Source of the DNA: Bacteroidota bacterium
GTDB lineage: Bacteria; Bacteroidota; Ignavibacteria; Kryptoniales; JAKASW01
Direction: 5' to 3'
DNA: 64,000 bases
NCBI GenBank assembly: GCA_021811615.1
Contig: JAJZNW010000077.1
Span: 6,145-70,144, forward strand
Translations under genes and position numbers: made by a program
Notes under the pieces: model-generated
What the model was told of the DNA's origin: nothing
Databases searched by the model: none
What the model saw: the letters and a program-made list of their open reading frames with translations, nothing else
Shown: positions 18,198 through 28,744 of the stretch, piece after piece
Numbering within the stretch: position 1 is the stretch's first letter
Layout: every line of letters begins with the position of its first letter

Positions 18198-20033
18198 CTA
18201 CTTGATCAACATCAGTTTCTTTGTCATCTGGACAGTGCCAGCATCGAGCCGGTAGAAGTAGACGCCGCTTGCCAGACTGCTGCCGTTGAAAGTTGCAGTA
18301 TATTCGCCGGGAGATCTCATACCGCTGAATAGCGTCGCGACTTTCTGACCGAGGATGTTATACACATTCAACGTCACGAAGCTGTTCTTCGGTACGCTGT
18401 ACTCTATTAGCGTCGTGGGGTTGAACGGGTTCGGATAATTCTGGCTCAACGTGAATGTCCTGGGTTGATTCGCCCCTGGAGACTGAAGGACCGGGGTCGG
18501 GCCGCCAATCGCCGCCAGATCTCCCGTCATTTCTGCCTTGGTGATGTTTGCATCCTGTGTAGCTTCCACCGCCTTCCACTGCGAGTAGTAGTCGGTCCCG
18601 CCGTTGCTGCCGTTCCACCAGTGGTAAAGGTCTCCCAGCGGAAATCCGTTGATGCCGGCCGTCATGAGAGTATCGTTTGTATAGGCGAGATTACCGGGTA
18701 ACGGCCAAACCTGGTTGAGATCACTGTCCGGCTCGAAGGCCCAGTTGACATCGTTATCCGCTGTCCAGTGCTCATACAAAAAGCCCTCGATTGAATCGAT
18801 GTTCGACAATTGGGCGACGAATTCCGGATTCACGCCGTTATAGCGATTGACTTTATACCAGTTCATATAAGGGAAGGCTTTGGCGCCTGACGAGTCTTTC
18901 ATCGTGAAGAACTTCTCCGTGGCAACATTGAGCATGCTGTCGGGCATAGGTATCGACGAGTCCGCTCTGGTCTGTATCAGGCTCTTGGTATACGGACCGT
19001 TCGCCATATAGTTCAGGAGCCACGGCTCGTAGGAATAGCTGTTGTTCGCAAACAGAATATGCCGTTGTTGATCGGTGAACGGCACCGAGAAACCGAATGT
19101 CGACACACTGTCGATCGGGAACACGCCGCTTCCGCCGCCGCCGCCGGAGTTGATGGAGGCCTGGGTCTCACCATACATCCAGGGGTTGTCGACTATGCAA
19201 TTAGTGAAGACAAGGTTCTTCCACCAGCCCGATTCGAGGACAAACTCTATGACGTTTTCGAAAGTGCAGTGATTGAACCATACGTTGGAGCTGTATTCGC
19301 TTCCTTCCTGCATCAACACGTATCCCAAATTCGCGAAGGTGCAGTTGGTGAACGAAACGCTGTCCGTGTGCCAGCCTACTGAGTTATACGGGAACGAGAC
19401 CGCCCTTCCGTAGTAAAGGAAGTGCGTATCCACGTCGTTTCTGAAAAAGCAGTTGGTAAATGTTCCCTTGAAGTCCTTGCACGATACGTTCACATCTCCA
19501 CCGCCGGCGGCTATCGGACAGTAATCGAAGATCACGTCGTCGAAAGTACCGCGTTCCCCCGCGCCGGAAAGGTCTGCGAGGGAATCATCCTCCATCTGCA
19601 ATGAAGATCCCACCTGCGCTCCGCTCTTGTTGGCATACATCAACCACACGTTCTTCAGATAAATGTTGCCGAAACAATCGAAGTTATAGGTCTCGGCGGG
19701 GTTTCCCGTGGCGGTCCATATTATCTGCGGGAGAGCTGTCGCCTGGGTATTTCCAGGAGTCGGCCCGACGATGTTCAGAGTCTCACCTAGCGGAACCGTG
19801 ATAGTCCCCGTCAGAACGTACTGGTCGTTCGCAGTCAGTTTAAATACCGTGCTGGACAACTTGTCCGTGTTGTTCAACGAATCTGCGCTTTCCACGGCGC
19901 TGACGGAATCGTTGAGGGTACCCTCAACGCCCGTAGCGTAGACGCCAGGGACGGACACAGTATCCATCTGGGCGCGCGCCGTAATCGGCACCATTGCTGC
20001 TGCAAAAAGCAACAGGTAAATAACCCTTTTCAT
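18198..20033 (-). CDS. Secreted T9SS-tailed protein with probable right-handed beta-helix
   Basis: Start at MKRVIYLLL (20033, AGAGGAG upstream). Stacked FTNCFF/FTNCTF/FNHCTF/FTNCIV motifs, GFPLGDLYHW, and C-terminal QNYPNPFNP...SGVYFYRL...KKLMLIK. Confidence 0.85.
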   Translation of the reverse strand: MKRVIYLLLFAAAMVPITARAQMDTVSVPGVYATGVEGTLNDSVSAVESADSLNNTDKLSSTVFKLTANDQYVLTGTITVPLGETLNIVGPTPGNTQATALPQIIWTATGNPAETYNFDCFGNIYLKNVWLMYANKSGAQVGSSLQMEDDSLADLSGAGERGTFDDVIFDYCPIAAGGGDVNVSCKDFKGTFTNCFFRNDVDTHFLYYGRAVSFPYNSVGWHTDSVSFTNCTFANLGYVLMQEGSEYSSNVWFNHCTFENVIEFVLESGWWKNLVFTNCIVDNPWMYGETQASINSGGGGGSGVFPIDSVSTFGFSVPFTDQQRHILFANNSYSYEPWLLNYMANGPYTKSLIQTRADSSIPMPDSMLNVATEKFFTMKDSSGAKAFPYMNWYKVNRYNGVNPEFVAQLSNIDSIEGFLYEHWTADNDVNWAFEPDSDLNQVWPLPGNLAYTNDTLMTAGINGFPLGDLYHWWNGSNGGTDYYSQWKAVEATQDANITKAEMTGDLAAIGGPTPVLQSPGANQPRTFTLSQNYPNPFNPTTLIEYSVPKNSFVTLNVYNILGQKVATLFSGMRSPGEYTATFNGSSLASGVYFYRLDAGTVQMTKKLMLIK

Positions 20034-20118
20034 TTGTGATTCTCCTCTTGGTTTAATTCCCGAAGGTGCTGCTTCGGAAAAGTTGTGACGATTTTTGAAA
20101 AACATGTGCTCTACCCTC

Positions 20119-23100
20119 CTACATTTGGTATCGAATACCGATGTCAGCAGTGAGACCATAATTCTCTTCATTCGTGAAGCCGCCTATTGACGGCTGGACG
20201 GACTTGTTCCACTCGCTATTCAGGTTACTTGCATCAAGAAAGAGCTGGAATCCCGGCAAGGGCAGATTTTGTTGGACCTGGACATCCATCCTGAAGTAAT
20301 TAGAAGTGAACCCGTCCGTAACCGGATAATTGCCGATGTAACTGACTGAGTTGCCCTGGAACAGGAAAGACAACCTCGCCGAGAAACCTTCAAAGTCGTA
20401 TCCGACATAAGCGTTCATCAAATTGTTCGGCTGATCGACCAGACGTCCGGAAACTGAACTATCCACAATGACGGTCTCACTCTTGTGTATCCCGTTTACG
20501 GTAGTGTAAATGGTTTTCTGGTCGATGAAGGGATAGGTAGCATTGGACGACATGAGAGTATAGTTGATGCCGGCAAGCAGGCCGCTGAAAGCGCCGGGCA
20601 GATACCAGAATCTCGTTTCGAAGCTGAATCCGAGTCCCCTCACGTAGGCCGCATATTTGCTGTTCACGAACGTGAAGAACGTTGCAGCGTTGGCCTCCGG
20701 TGTCACGCCATTTATATTTATATCCGCAGCGTCCAAGAATCCCGGCGTCGGGGTGGACAGGAGAGGATATTGGGTTGAATAGACAAAATTTTTCAGGGTC
20801 TTGTAAAATCCATCCACTGAGAACAGACCCAGAGAGTTACTGTATGCGGTGATTATCAAGTCGTGGTTGAATGCCCGGCCTGGTGTAAGACTAGGGTTGC
20901 CTCCCCAAACAGTCCGTCTGTACGCATCGATGGCGAGGTGAGGCGACATTTCCGAATAGGCAGGCCGCGCAAGAGTCTGAGTGTAGGCATACCGGATATT
21001 GAGCCAGTTCGTTATGTCGAATTTTGCCTGTACCATCGGCAAGAGGTAGTGATTCTGCGGATATGTTGTTACTGTGTCGATGGGTTGATTCTGCGGATCT
21101 CGATTGTCAACCAGGTTATATACCCGGTACAACCCCTTTTCCTGTTCAAAGCGCGCGCCGCCAACCACCATCAGGTTGCCTACGTTAAACTGCGCCATTG
21201 CGTACGCAGCGTAGTACTTATCGATGAATTTGTAGTCATTGGCCAGGGTTTGATACGCTCCGTCAAACCATCCGCCGGGCTGGGAAACGTTAAAGAGCGG
21301 GCCGCTCGCGCTGAACAGCGGATTGGAGGCCACGTAGTTGACCATATTATTGAGCAATCCGGCGTTTCCGGCCCAATAGAAGGGACCAAACTGATTATTC
21401 AGAAAAGAATTGTAAAGACTGGAATTTCCGGAAGTGAAACTGGTCGAAGGAAACTTTCCGGCTGCGGAATCGAACACCGCTGAGAAGTTGTTCCGGATCC
21501 CCGCTACTATCGAATCCTGAATGGGGGTTCCGGTACCCAACGCGGCGTAGGGAGTGTTCTGAGAATTCGTGATGTAATTGTAGCGATACTCTCCGCCGAC
21601 CTTGAAGAATCCGGTGAAGTTCGAAGCAACGGTCAGAGGAATCTTGAAGTCCACCTTGTAGTGTTGGTCATTCTCTTTGTAATCGGAGCTGAGCAAAGAA
21701 ACGGCATCCAGGTAGTTGGTCGCGTTGCCGTAGTAAGTGTCCAGATTTGTAAGATCCTGAGGAAGGGTGTTGGCGCTGATTCCTCCAGGAGCGACACCGC
21801 CGGTCTGGTTTAGCTGGAAGTTGGCCTCCGGGGGAAGGAGGTTCCGCGAGTAAGTATTTGCGGCCAGCACATCCACTGACATGAAACCAAAATCGTTCTG
21901 CCACTCCAGTGAATTGACGGCCTGTGTGACGGTATTTTTTCCCGAAGTGAAACCGAAATTCATTCCGTGTCCGACGTAATCGAGCTGCTGAGTGTAGTCC
22001 TGGGCGTTGGAGACCAGCTCGCTGAACATATTGATGGACCTGATCACCCCGTGCGGAAGCTTGTAATCCAGAATCGCGTTTGCTCCATACCTGTTCCTGG
22101 TCTCTATGTGCCTGTCAAAGGTAACGCTGGTCACCTTCACCGGAGGGTAGCCGTTGGACAGGGGGGCATTGGTAACAGGGGCGTAACCGGCATTCATGAT
22201 GTCTGCATCCCGGTTATATGACTCCGCATCGCCGAGGACGTAAACACCCAGCATGTTATTGAAAAACCTGTCGCTGGCCGATGCTACCGCCCTGTAGTTA
22301 CCGTATGTGTTCGCCTTCTGCCCATAACCCGACTGCCAGAGAAGGTTGCTGTGAAATCCCCTAGGTGCCTCTCTGAGCTGCATGTTCACATAACCTCCGA
22401 CGGCATTCGCATTCATGTCGGGCGTCAGGTCTTTGTAAACTTCAATCGACTTGATCATATAAGGTGTCACCGAGGCAAGGTCGACGCTCCTGGTGTTATT
22501 GAGAGAGCCTGCTGTCCCTCCCTGGGATGAAACGCCGATCTGGTCGCTCCCCGTGGATGCCAGTGTTACACCGTTGATGGCGACCTCGTTATATTGAGGC
22601 TGCATGCCATTGATCACGACCTTCTGTGCTTCTCCGTCGCCCCTGACCACGGACACTCCGGGGAGGCGGCCGATGGCACTCGCGGCATTGAAGTTCGGCA
22701 GCGATTGGATCTTCGCGGCGGACACGATATTGACGATCTTGTTCGACGCCAGCTGCTGGTTGATCGCCTGTATCTGACCTTCAGCCTGTGCAGTGACAAC
22801 GACGACCTTACCTTGCACCGCCGTTGCGGTAAGGTAAAAATCCTTGGTGAGCGTCTGGTTGGCAGGCACGTCCACCTTCTCATCGAAGGGGGAGTAACCG
22901 ACATATTGCACTACTATTGTTTGTTGGCCGGCCGGTACGTTGTGGATCACGAAACCGCCGTTTAGGTCCGTCGACGCCCCTATGCTCGTCCCCTTGACGA
23001 GCACTGTTGCACCCGGAAGGGCCTGCTTGGTATCCTTATCGAACACCCTTCCTTGAAGTGTCGCGGACCCGGCTGCGAAAACCGTTTGAGCGGCGAGGAA

Positions 23101-23160
23101 TATTACCAGACCTGCCGCGATCTGAATGCTTGTGAGCAGTTGCCTGAACAGCTTTGGCAT
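20119..23160 (-). CDS. TonB-dependent receptor with N-terminal carboxypeptidase-regulatory-like domain (non-SusC type)
   Basis: GRVFDKDT...LPGATVLVKG...STDLNGGF N-domain. Plug motifs LPNFNAASAIGRLPGVS and IEVYKDLTPDMNANAVGG. Barrel end GIRYQM. Confidence 0.92.
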   Translation of the reverse strand: MPKLFRQLLTSIQIAAGLVIFLAAQTVFAAGSATLQGRVFDKDTKQALPGATVLVKGTSIGASTDLNGGFVIHNVPAGQQTIVVQYVGYSPFDEKVDVPANQTLTKDFYLTATAVQGKVVVVTAQAEGQIQAINQQLASNKIVNIVSAAKIQSLPNFNAASAIGRLPGVSVVRGDGEAQKVVINGMQPQYNEVAINGVTLASTGSDQIGVSSQGGTAGSLNNTRSVDLASVTPYMIKSIEVYKDLTPDMNANAVGGYVNMQLREAPRGFHSNLLWQSGYGQKANTYGNYRAVASASDRFFNNMLGVYVLGDAESYNRDADIMNAGYAPVTNAPLSNGYPPVKVTSVTFDRHIETRNRYGANAILDYKLPHGVIRSINMFSELVSNAQDYTQQLDYVGHGMNFGFTSGKNTVTQAVNSLEWQNDFGFMSVDVLAANTYSRNLLPPEANFQLNQTGGVAPGGISANTLPQDLTNLDTYYGNATNYLDAVSLLSSDYKENDQHYKVDFKIPLTVASNFTGFFKVGGEYRYNYITNSQNTPYAALGTGTPIQDSIVAGIRNNFSAVFDSAAGKFPSTSFTSGNSSLYNSFLNNQFGPFYWAGNAGLLNNMVNYVASNPLFSASGPLFNVSQPGGWFDGAYQTLANDYKFIDKYYAAYAMAQFNVGNLMVVGGARFEQEKGLYRVYNLVDNRDPQNQPIDTVTTYPQNHYLLPMVQAKFDITNWLNIRYAYTQTLARPAYSEMSPHLAIDAYRRTVWGGNPSLTPGRAFNHDLIITAYSNSLGLFSVDGFYKTLKNFVYSTQYPLLSTPTPGFLDAADININGVTPEANAATFFTFVNSKYAAYVRGLGFSFETRFWYLPGAFSGLLAGINYTLMSSNATYPFIDQKTIYTTVNGIHKSETVIVDSSVSGRLVDQPNNLMNAYVGYDFEGFSARLSFLFQGNSVSYIGNYPVTDGFTSNYFRMDVQVQQNLPLPGFQLFLDASNLNSEWNKSVQPSIGGFTNEENYGLTADIGIRYQM

Positions 23161-23837
23161 GTGCTTCTCCCTTTTTTGAATTGTAAAACAAACACCTTAG
23201 GTCAAAATCAAATTCCGATGTATCCGGCAGCGCAACTTCCTGAAACGTCGCCGGAGTTACTGAATGAATACTGGTTCAAGCCTTAATCAAATCTCATGTA
23301 GCCTTTCCTTTCGTCGTGTGTTTTTCTGAATCGCACCCGTCCATACCTCAACGCCACGGAGAAAGAATCACCCCTCCCATTTCCCGATCGAGACATATGG
23401 GGGTGCATTTGGCGGCAATAGTAAGTTGCCGGCCGCAAACCGTTCAATGGGGTGAGATGCGTGTGATGAGAAAACTCAAAGGGCGGGATTTGTTTGGCAT
23501 TCTCCCGGTCGGCCGGGGGGAGGTCTTTTCGCTCTGTCGCAGAAGCGACACGGCAATCCATGCCGTGGGCCTGGCCCGGCAATGAGGCGACAACGGATTT
23601 GCTCTCCGCTGCCGTTGTGCCGTTCTTCCTTTTGAGAAACCCTACCGGGGTTTCCGGATCAAAGAATCGCGGTAACCTTCTCCGAAGGTTTGTTACGACT
23701 GCCTTTTCCGTAAAGGTGGTGCTTAGGCATCTTGCCTGTTGCAGATACATCGTACTTGCTGCTGCTCCATTTAATTGGTGCGTCGTCGAATTCAATCACG
23801 CATAATGGTGCACAGATAATATTTGTTTCCATGAATA

Positions 23838-25391
23838 TCAACTTACTTCGAAAGCCTTGTGTCTTTCTGCCAGCTCGTTCTGGATCTGAAGGTTCAGTTT
23901 CTTGTCGATGCCGTAGAAGAAGATCGCAACGACACCTATGAAGAACGTCAGGGCCGGGTAAAGGCTCGACGCCATGCGAATTCCGAACAATGCGTGAGCC
24001 GTCTGCGCGACGTTAGGCACATAGCCGTATCCAGAGAGTATCCAGCCGCAGATCGCGCCGCCTAACCCGAGCCCGGCTTTCAGACCGAAAACTATCCCCG
24101 CAAATACAAGTCCCGTCGCCCGCCTGTTCGATTTCCATTCCGAGTAATCCGCAACGTCAGCCATCATCGCCCACAAGAGGGGGATGGTCGGTCCGTAAGC
24201 GAGTGACTTCAGGATGTTCAGCAGAAACGCCATGCCGATAGCCTGTGCGGGCAGCAATATGAACAATCCGGTGAACAGCGCCGTGAAGAAAAGCCCGACC
24301 ATGAACACTGCCTTCTTGCCGAATCGCGTCGCAAGGGCAGTCGAGACGATGACACCGATTATGGTGACGAATTGTCCCGCCATGTTGAACAGGCTGAATC
24401 CCACCGATGCGGTATTGCTCCCGTCTTTGCTGACGATAAGTCCGAAAGCGTTCATGATACCGTACACGAAGCCGCCGTGTCCCGAACTGACTTTTCCGAG
24501 TCCGATCGACTGGAGGAAATTAAACAGCGCATTCTTGTCGGCGTAATATGTGAAATAGTAAAACATCCCGCTTCCCCACATCGCGAGAGTGATGAAGACG
24601 AATAACGTGGCAACGAACATCGAAATCCATGGCCCGGTCTTAAGCAGGCCCAGCAGGTCCTTCTTCGGTGAAGACTTCTGCTTGGGATCCGGCTTTATCC
24701 TCTCTTTGGCCGCAAAAAAGGTTATGAGAAGAAAGACAACTATTATGATGCCATAGACACCCATCGTCATCGACCATCCCTTCTGGGCATCTCCGTGGCC
24801 GAACTTATCGACCAGCGGAAGAGTCAAACCCTGGACAAGGAAAGCGATCGACATAGAAAAGAAAAAGCGGAAAGAGGAGAGAGACGTTCTTTCATTTACA
24901 TCGCCCGTCATCACGCCGTTGAGAGCCGAGTAAGGTGTATTGTTCATCGAATAGAAAGCCATCAACAGGATGTAAGTCACGTAAGCGTAAACGAGTTTTC
25001 CCGTTGCACCGAAGTGAGGAGTGGTGAACGCGAAGATGAATACCGCGGCAAACGGTACGGCCGTCCATAGAACCCAGGGACGGAACTTCCCCCACTTCGT
25101 CTGCGTCTTGTCAGCCATGATGCCAACGAAGGGATCAAAGAACGCATCCCAAAACCGTCCGACGAGCAAAAGTATCCCTGCCGAGACCGCACTGATACCG
25201 AAGACGTCTGTGTAAAATGGAAGCTGGAATATCAACATTGTCTGGAAGACGAAGTTTGCCGCACCGTCTCCCAGGCCGTACCCGACCTTTTCCCTTACGG
25301 AGAGTTTGCCGAACGCTTCGCGTATCGCGGCCTCTGCCGCATTTTTCTTCGCGTTATCGTCCAAAAGCAGTCCTTCAGTGCTGTTCTCCAA
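23838..25391 (-). CDS. GPH (MelB/XynP-like) glycoside:cation symporter
   Basis: EKVGYGLGD, FYTDVFG, WDAFFDP, TKWGKFRPW and WAMMADVADY motifs, with about 12 TM segments. Confidence 0.92.
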   Translation of the reverse strand: MENSTEGLLLDDNAKKNAAEAAIREAFGKLSVREKVGYGLGDGAANFVFQTMLIFQLPFYTDVFGISAVSAGILLLVGRFWDAFFDPFVGIMADKTQTKWGKFRPWVLWTAVPFAAVFIFAFTTPHFGATGKLVYAYVTYILLMAFYSMNNTPYSALNGVMTGDVNERTSLSSFRFFFSMSIAFLVQGLTLPLVDKFGHGDAQKGWSMTMGVYGIIIVVFLLITFFAAKERIKPDPKQKSSPKKDLLGLLKTGPWISMFVATLFVFITLAMWGSGMFYYFTYYADKNALFNFLQSIGLGKVSSGHGGFVYGIMNAFGLIVSKDGSNTASVGFSLFNMAGQFVTIIGVIVSTALATRFGKKAVFMVGLFFTALFTGLFILLPAQAIGMAFLLNILKSLAYGPTIPLLWAMMADVADYSEWKSNRRATGLVFAGIVFGLKAGLGLGGAICGWILSGYGYVPNVAQTAHALFGIRMASSLYPALTFFIGVVAIFFYGIDKKLNLQIQNELAERHKAFEVS

Positions 25392-26312
25392 TGATTCACC
25401 CTGGATAAGTTTGAGTTACTGAACTGTATTTCAATCTATGAATACGACCGCTGTTTACGCGTGACGCGTGACAAATGTGCCGCCATGATAAATCTTGGAC
25501 CAAAGGATTCTTGATGTCCCGTTCGGTTGTGGTATGGAGAGAACCGGCTGGGTTAGTCAAATGAATTAACAAATTGCCGGGAGTATAGAATGCGGAGCGT
25601 AGAAACGACTTGGCTGACGAAACGGATCGAAAGATACCGCATCCTCCTGATCCGGTACGGACGCAACCATTCGTAGGATGAAACCGTGGGCCGCTGAGAC
25701 ACGAACCCACTTCTGCATGGAACGCCAACGTCAGCTCTCTTCCCCCGATGCTAAGCATTTGCGCTTCTCCTCCTTCGATGGTCGCTTAGTTCAATGGATC
25801 GGCATCACCACCTTACGGTACTTTCAGCCGAGCATCTCTTCGATTATCAGTATCTTACCGTGCCAACAGAATCGACGACTGTACAAACCGTCACCTCTCT
25901 CAAGTCTCACGATCGAATCCACATCAGGTGACAGAACCGAATAAGGTGATCCTCAATCAACCACCTGCACCATAATTACATACAGGCCTTAGAGCAGACT
26001 TGCTACAACAGTTCAATTCTATTTGAACCGGTTTAATTATACAAACATTAAAATCTAATGTCAACAACAAACCACCGGATGCTTCGCGAAATCCTCTGTT
26101 CACGTGGGGGAGGAAGACTCTTTGTGGGAACCAACAAATCGACTCCTTTCTACCGGCGATGTTTATCATTAAAATTTTGAAAAACAAAAGGTCTCACGAT
26201 TCGGCCGAACAAATTGAAAGGCAAGTCATACCAAAATTGGTTAACTGCGTATGATAGTAACAATAAGAACCATTAACTGGTGCCCGAATCCTATCCCGCG
26301 GGAAAAGAAATT

Positions 26313-26362
26313 GAAAAGGCCGGGGCGAAACGGCGCTGCAGCGCACATCTCGTCCCGGCCTT
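26313..26362 (-). terminator. Probable intrinsic terminator after the ROK gene
   Basis: Minus-strand stem aaggccgggacga / tcgccccggcctt with a following T run. Confidence 0.6.
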
Positions 26363-26395
26363 CGAACGGTCGTTGATCGGCTGACCAGGGTTCGT

Positions 26396-27499
26396 CTATT
26401 TGTCCAATGAATTCAAAGCAAAAGCGTAGGCGCCGATGGCTATGGCTTCACTAGTCCCGATCTTCGAGATACCGACTCCGATCCTCATCTCCGAATCATA
26501 TTTGACCTTTTTCTTCGAGCCGTAGACGGTTATCTCCTTCGTCAAGCCGCGTACGAATTTCTCCCGGTCAGCTTCGTCCTCGAGGTTATAGACTCTGGCG
26601 GCGAGGCGGTGGAACTTGCTGCCGTTAGGGGATGTGAAAGTGCCGTTCATCTCTTCGACCAAATAGGGAAGGAAGACCGATGAGGCACCCGCGAGGCCAC
26701 CACCGATCACCACCAATCCGTCAATCAGCGTGATCGCGTTTGATATCGCATCGCCAGCGGCCTCAGCCATCTCCCGGAACGCCGAGATTGCCGCCTGTTT
26801 GTTGCCTTTCTTTTCTCCGATCGCTATTTCATATATATCCTTCGGTTCGGGAGCCTCTTCGAAATTAATCTTCGCCTCGTTGGCGTAACCTCTTTTTACT
26901 CCTCTGATGCTCGCGTGCTCTTCGACATTCATAGCTGGATTGAGTTTGTCCCTGAGAAGCCAGACCTCACCGGCAATCGAGTTATCTCCGACGAACAGAG
27001 TGCCGTCGCGCACGATGCCGCCTCCGAAGCCGGTACCGAGGGTCAGACCGAGAAGATTTTTGTATCTTTTGGGACTTCCTGCCTTTTCCAGAAGCTGATT
27101 CACATACGGGAGAAAACCGGCGATCGCTTCGCCGTAGGCATAAAGGTCACCGTCATTATTTATGAAGACCGGAAGGCCGAATTTTTCCTCGAGCATCGGG
27201 CCGAGCGCGATGCCGCCGCGGAACGCTGGGAGGTTGGGAAGATCCCCGATTATTCCGTTCGGATAGTCGGCCGGACCGGGGAAAGCAAAGCTGATCGCGA
27301 CAGGCTTCTCTTTCAATCCGGACTTCACGCGGTTGAATCCGTCCGCGATTGTAGCCATGCATCGGTCCAAATTGTCGGCGTTAGAGGGAAGCGTGATCTC
27401 CTTGAGGACCTGCTTATTTCCGCTTATCGCCGTGAATACTAAATTGGTTCCCCCGGCGTCCAGTGTCATTACTGTTCGTTTATCATTATCGTACTTCAT
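26396..27499 (-). CDS. ROK family sugar kinase
   Basis: TLDAGGTN, FPGP, FINNDG, TLGTGFGGG, AGE and VVIGGG motifs. No N-terminal HTH is evident. Confidence 0.88.
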   Translation of the reverse strand: MKYDNDKRTVMTLDAGGTNLVFTAISGNKQVLKEITLPSNADNLDRCMATIADGFNRVKSGLKEKPVAISFAFPGPADYPNGIIGDLPNLPAFRGGIALGPMLEEKFGLPVFINNDGDLYAYGEAIAGFLPYVNQLLEKAGSPKRYKNLLGLTLGTGFGGGIVRDGTLFVGDNSIAGEVWLLRDKLNPAMNVEEHASIRGVKRGYANEAKINFEEAPEPKDIYEIAIGEKKGNKQAAISAFREMAEAAGDAISNAITLIDGLVVIGGGLAGASSVFLPYLVEEMNGTFTSPNGSKFHRLAARVYNLEDEADREKFVRGLTKEITVYGSKKKVKYDSEMRIGVGISKIGTSEAIAIGAYAFALNSLDK

Positions 27500-27509
27500 T
27501 TTAAAACCT

Positions 27510-28682
27510 TCATGCTTGGGATGTTCTTAAATTCTTGATTGAGGTCCATGCTATATACAGGAAAGCTATGAGAGGGACAAAGAAGCCGTACTCGAGTTTC
27601 GTCTGATCCGCGATAAAGCCCATCAAAGGCGGGAGGAACGCTCCACCCACGATCGCTGTCACCATAAGGCCGGACAGCTCGTCCGATTTATCAGGCATCG
27701 CATCCACCGTAATCGAGAATATCAGCGGGAAAACGTTTCCGAAGGCGAGACCCGTAACAATCACGCAAGCCACGACTACCCCGGCGATTCCGGTAAACAA
27801 ACCGAGTATTGCCAGGATCGAGATCGCCACCGTGCTGATGAGGAATTTCCGGGGGGACATCCAGTTCAGTATCACGCCGCCGAGAAATCTTCCGATCATC
27901 AGGCAGGTGAAGAAGAGCCCGGTGCCGAGCAATCCCACCTTTTCCACGTTCACTCCGAACTTCGAGTGGAGGTAGAGAGGTATGCCGGAACTCATGCATA
28001 CTTCCGAGCCGACATAGAGGAAAATCGCCGCGACCATCATGGCGACATAGCCGTTCTTCAGAAGGGCAAGACACGACTTCAAAGTCACCGGCGCCTTTTC
28101 GTTTTCCGCTTTCTCCTCTACTTTCAGCGTCGCGACAAAGATGATGGTAATTATCACGAGAACTGAGTAAATCGGGAAGAGGACTTTCCAGCTCGCTCCG
28201 GAATAGTAAGCGGTGATTGCCGGGATGGAGACTGCTATCGTAGGTATGATCGGACCCGTGAGTGAGCCGATCGCCTTCACGAACTGTCCCAGGGACAAGT
28301 TCCTCGAATATTTCCCTTCAGGAGAGACATCTCTCATTATCGGGTTGCCGGCCACCTGAAGTATCGTTGCACCTGCGCCGAGGAACAGGACCGTCACGAG
28401 GAGAACGCCGAACGACGACAGGCCGAAATTAGGTATGAGAATTCCGAGAAGCATAACCGATAGCCCGAGTAGAAGGATGAATTTTCTTCCTTTCTTTGCC
28501 TGGTATACGCCCATCGGAACGGAAATTATGCCGAACATTATGAAACCCATGAACGCCGTAAGGAAAGCGACGGTGTTGGAGAGGTGGAACTCGCCCTTGG
28601 CAAGCGAAACGAATGGGCCGACCGCGTCGCCGAATCCCATTGCGAGGAAAGCGAGAAAGACGGGAAGCGTCTTATTCTTCAT
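27510..28682 (-). CDS. MFS sugar transporter, FucP/GluP family
   Basis: LQVAGNP, IFLYVGSE, FPLIFS and AIVGGA motifs, with about 12 TM segments. Confidence 0.88.
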   Translation of the reverse strand: MKNKTLPVFLAFLAMGFGDAVGPFVSLAKGEFHLSNTVAFLTAFMGFIMFGIISVPMGVYQAKKGRKFILLLGLSVMLLGILIPNFGLSSFGVLLVTVLFLGAGATILQVAGNPIMRDVSPEGKYSRNLSLGQFVKAIGSLTGPIIPTIAVSIPAITAYYSGASWKVLFPIYSVLVIITIIFVATLKVEEKAENEKAPVTLKSCLALLKNGYVAMMVAAIFLYVGSEVCMSSGIPLYLHSKFGVNVEKVGLLGTGLFFTCLMIGRFLGGVILNWMSPRKFLISTVAISILAILGLFTGIAGVVVACVIVTGLAFGNVFPLIFSITVDAMPDKSDELSGLMVTAIVGGAFLPPLMGFIADQTKLEYGFFVPLIAFLYIAWTSIKNLRTSQA

Positions 28683-28744
28683 ATATCACTCCGTTCAATT
28701 TTTTTGTTTGATGTGTTTTTCATTCTCAAGCGTGATCTTCAGGG

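Noticed and set aside
23500-23697. Cobalamin riboswitch upstream of the TonB receptor
   Set aside because: Only an AGACCT-like fragment is present. The conserved B12-box/ACTG elements were not found and the context is carbohydrate uptake.
23283-23795. 170-aa ORF upstream of the TonB receptor
   Set aside because: No protein-like motifs, TTG start, and it coincides with the hairpin-rich region.
25396-26390. ORFs in the ~1-kb gap upstream of the GPH transporter
   Set aside because: No recognisable motifs or RBS and partly AT-rich, so treated as a regulatory region.
26396-27499. ROK protein as the PUL repressor
   Set aside because: It begins directly with the kinase DxGGT motif and has no N-terminal HTH.
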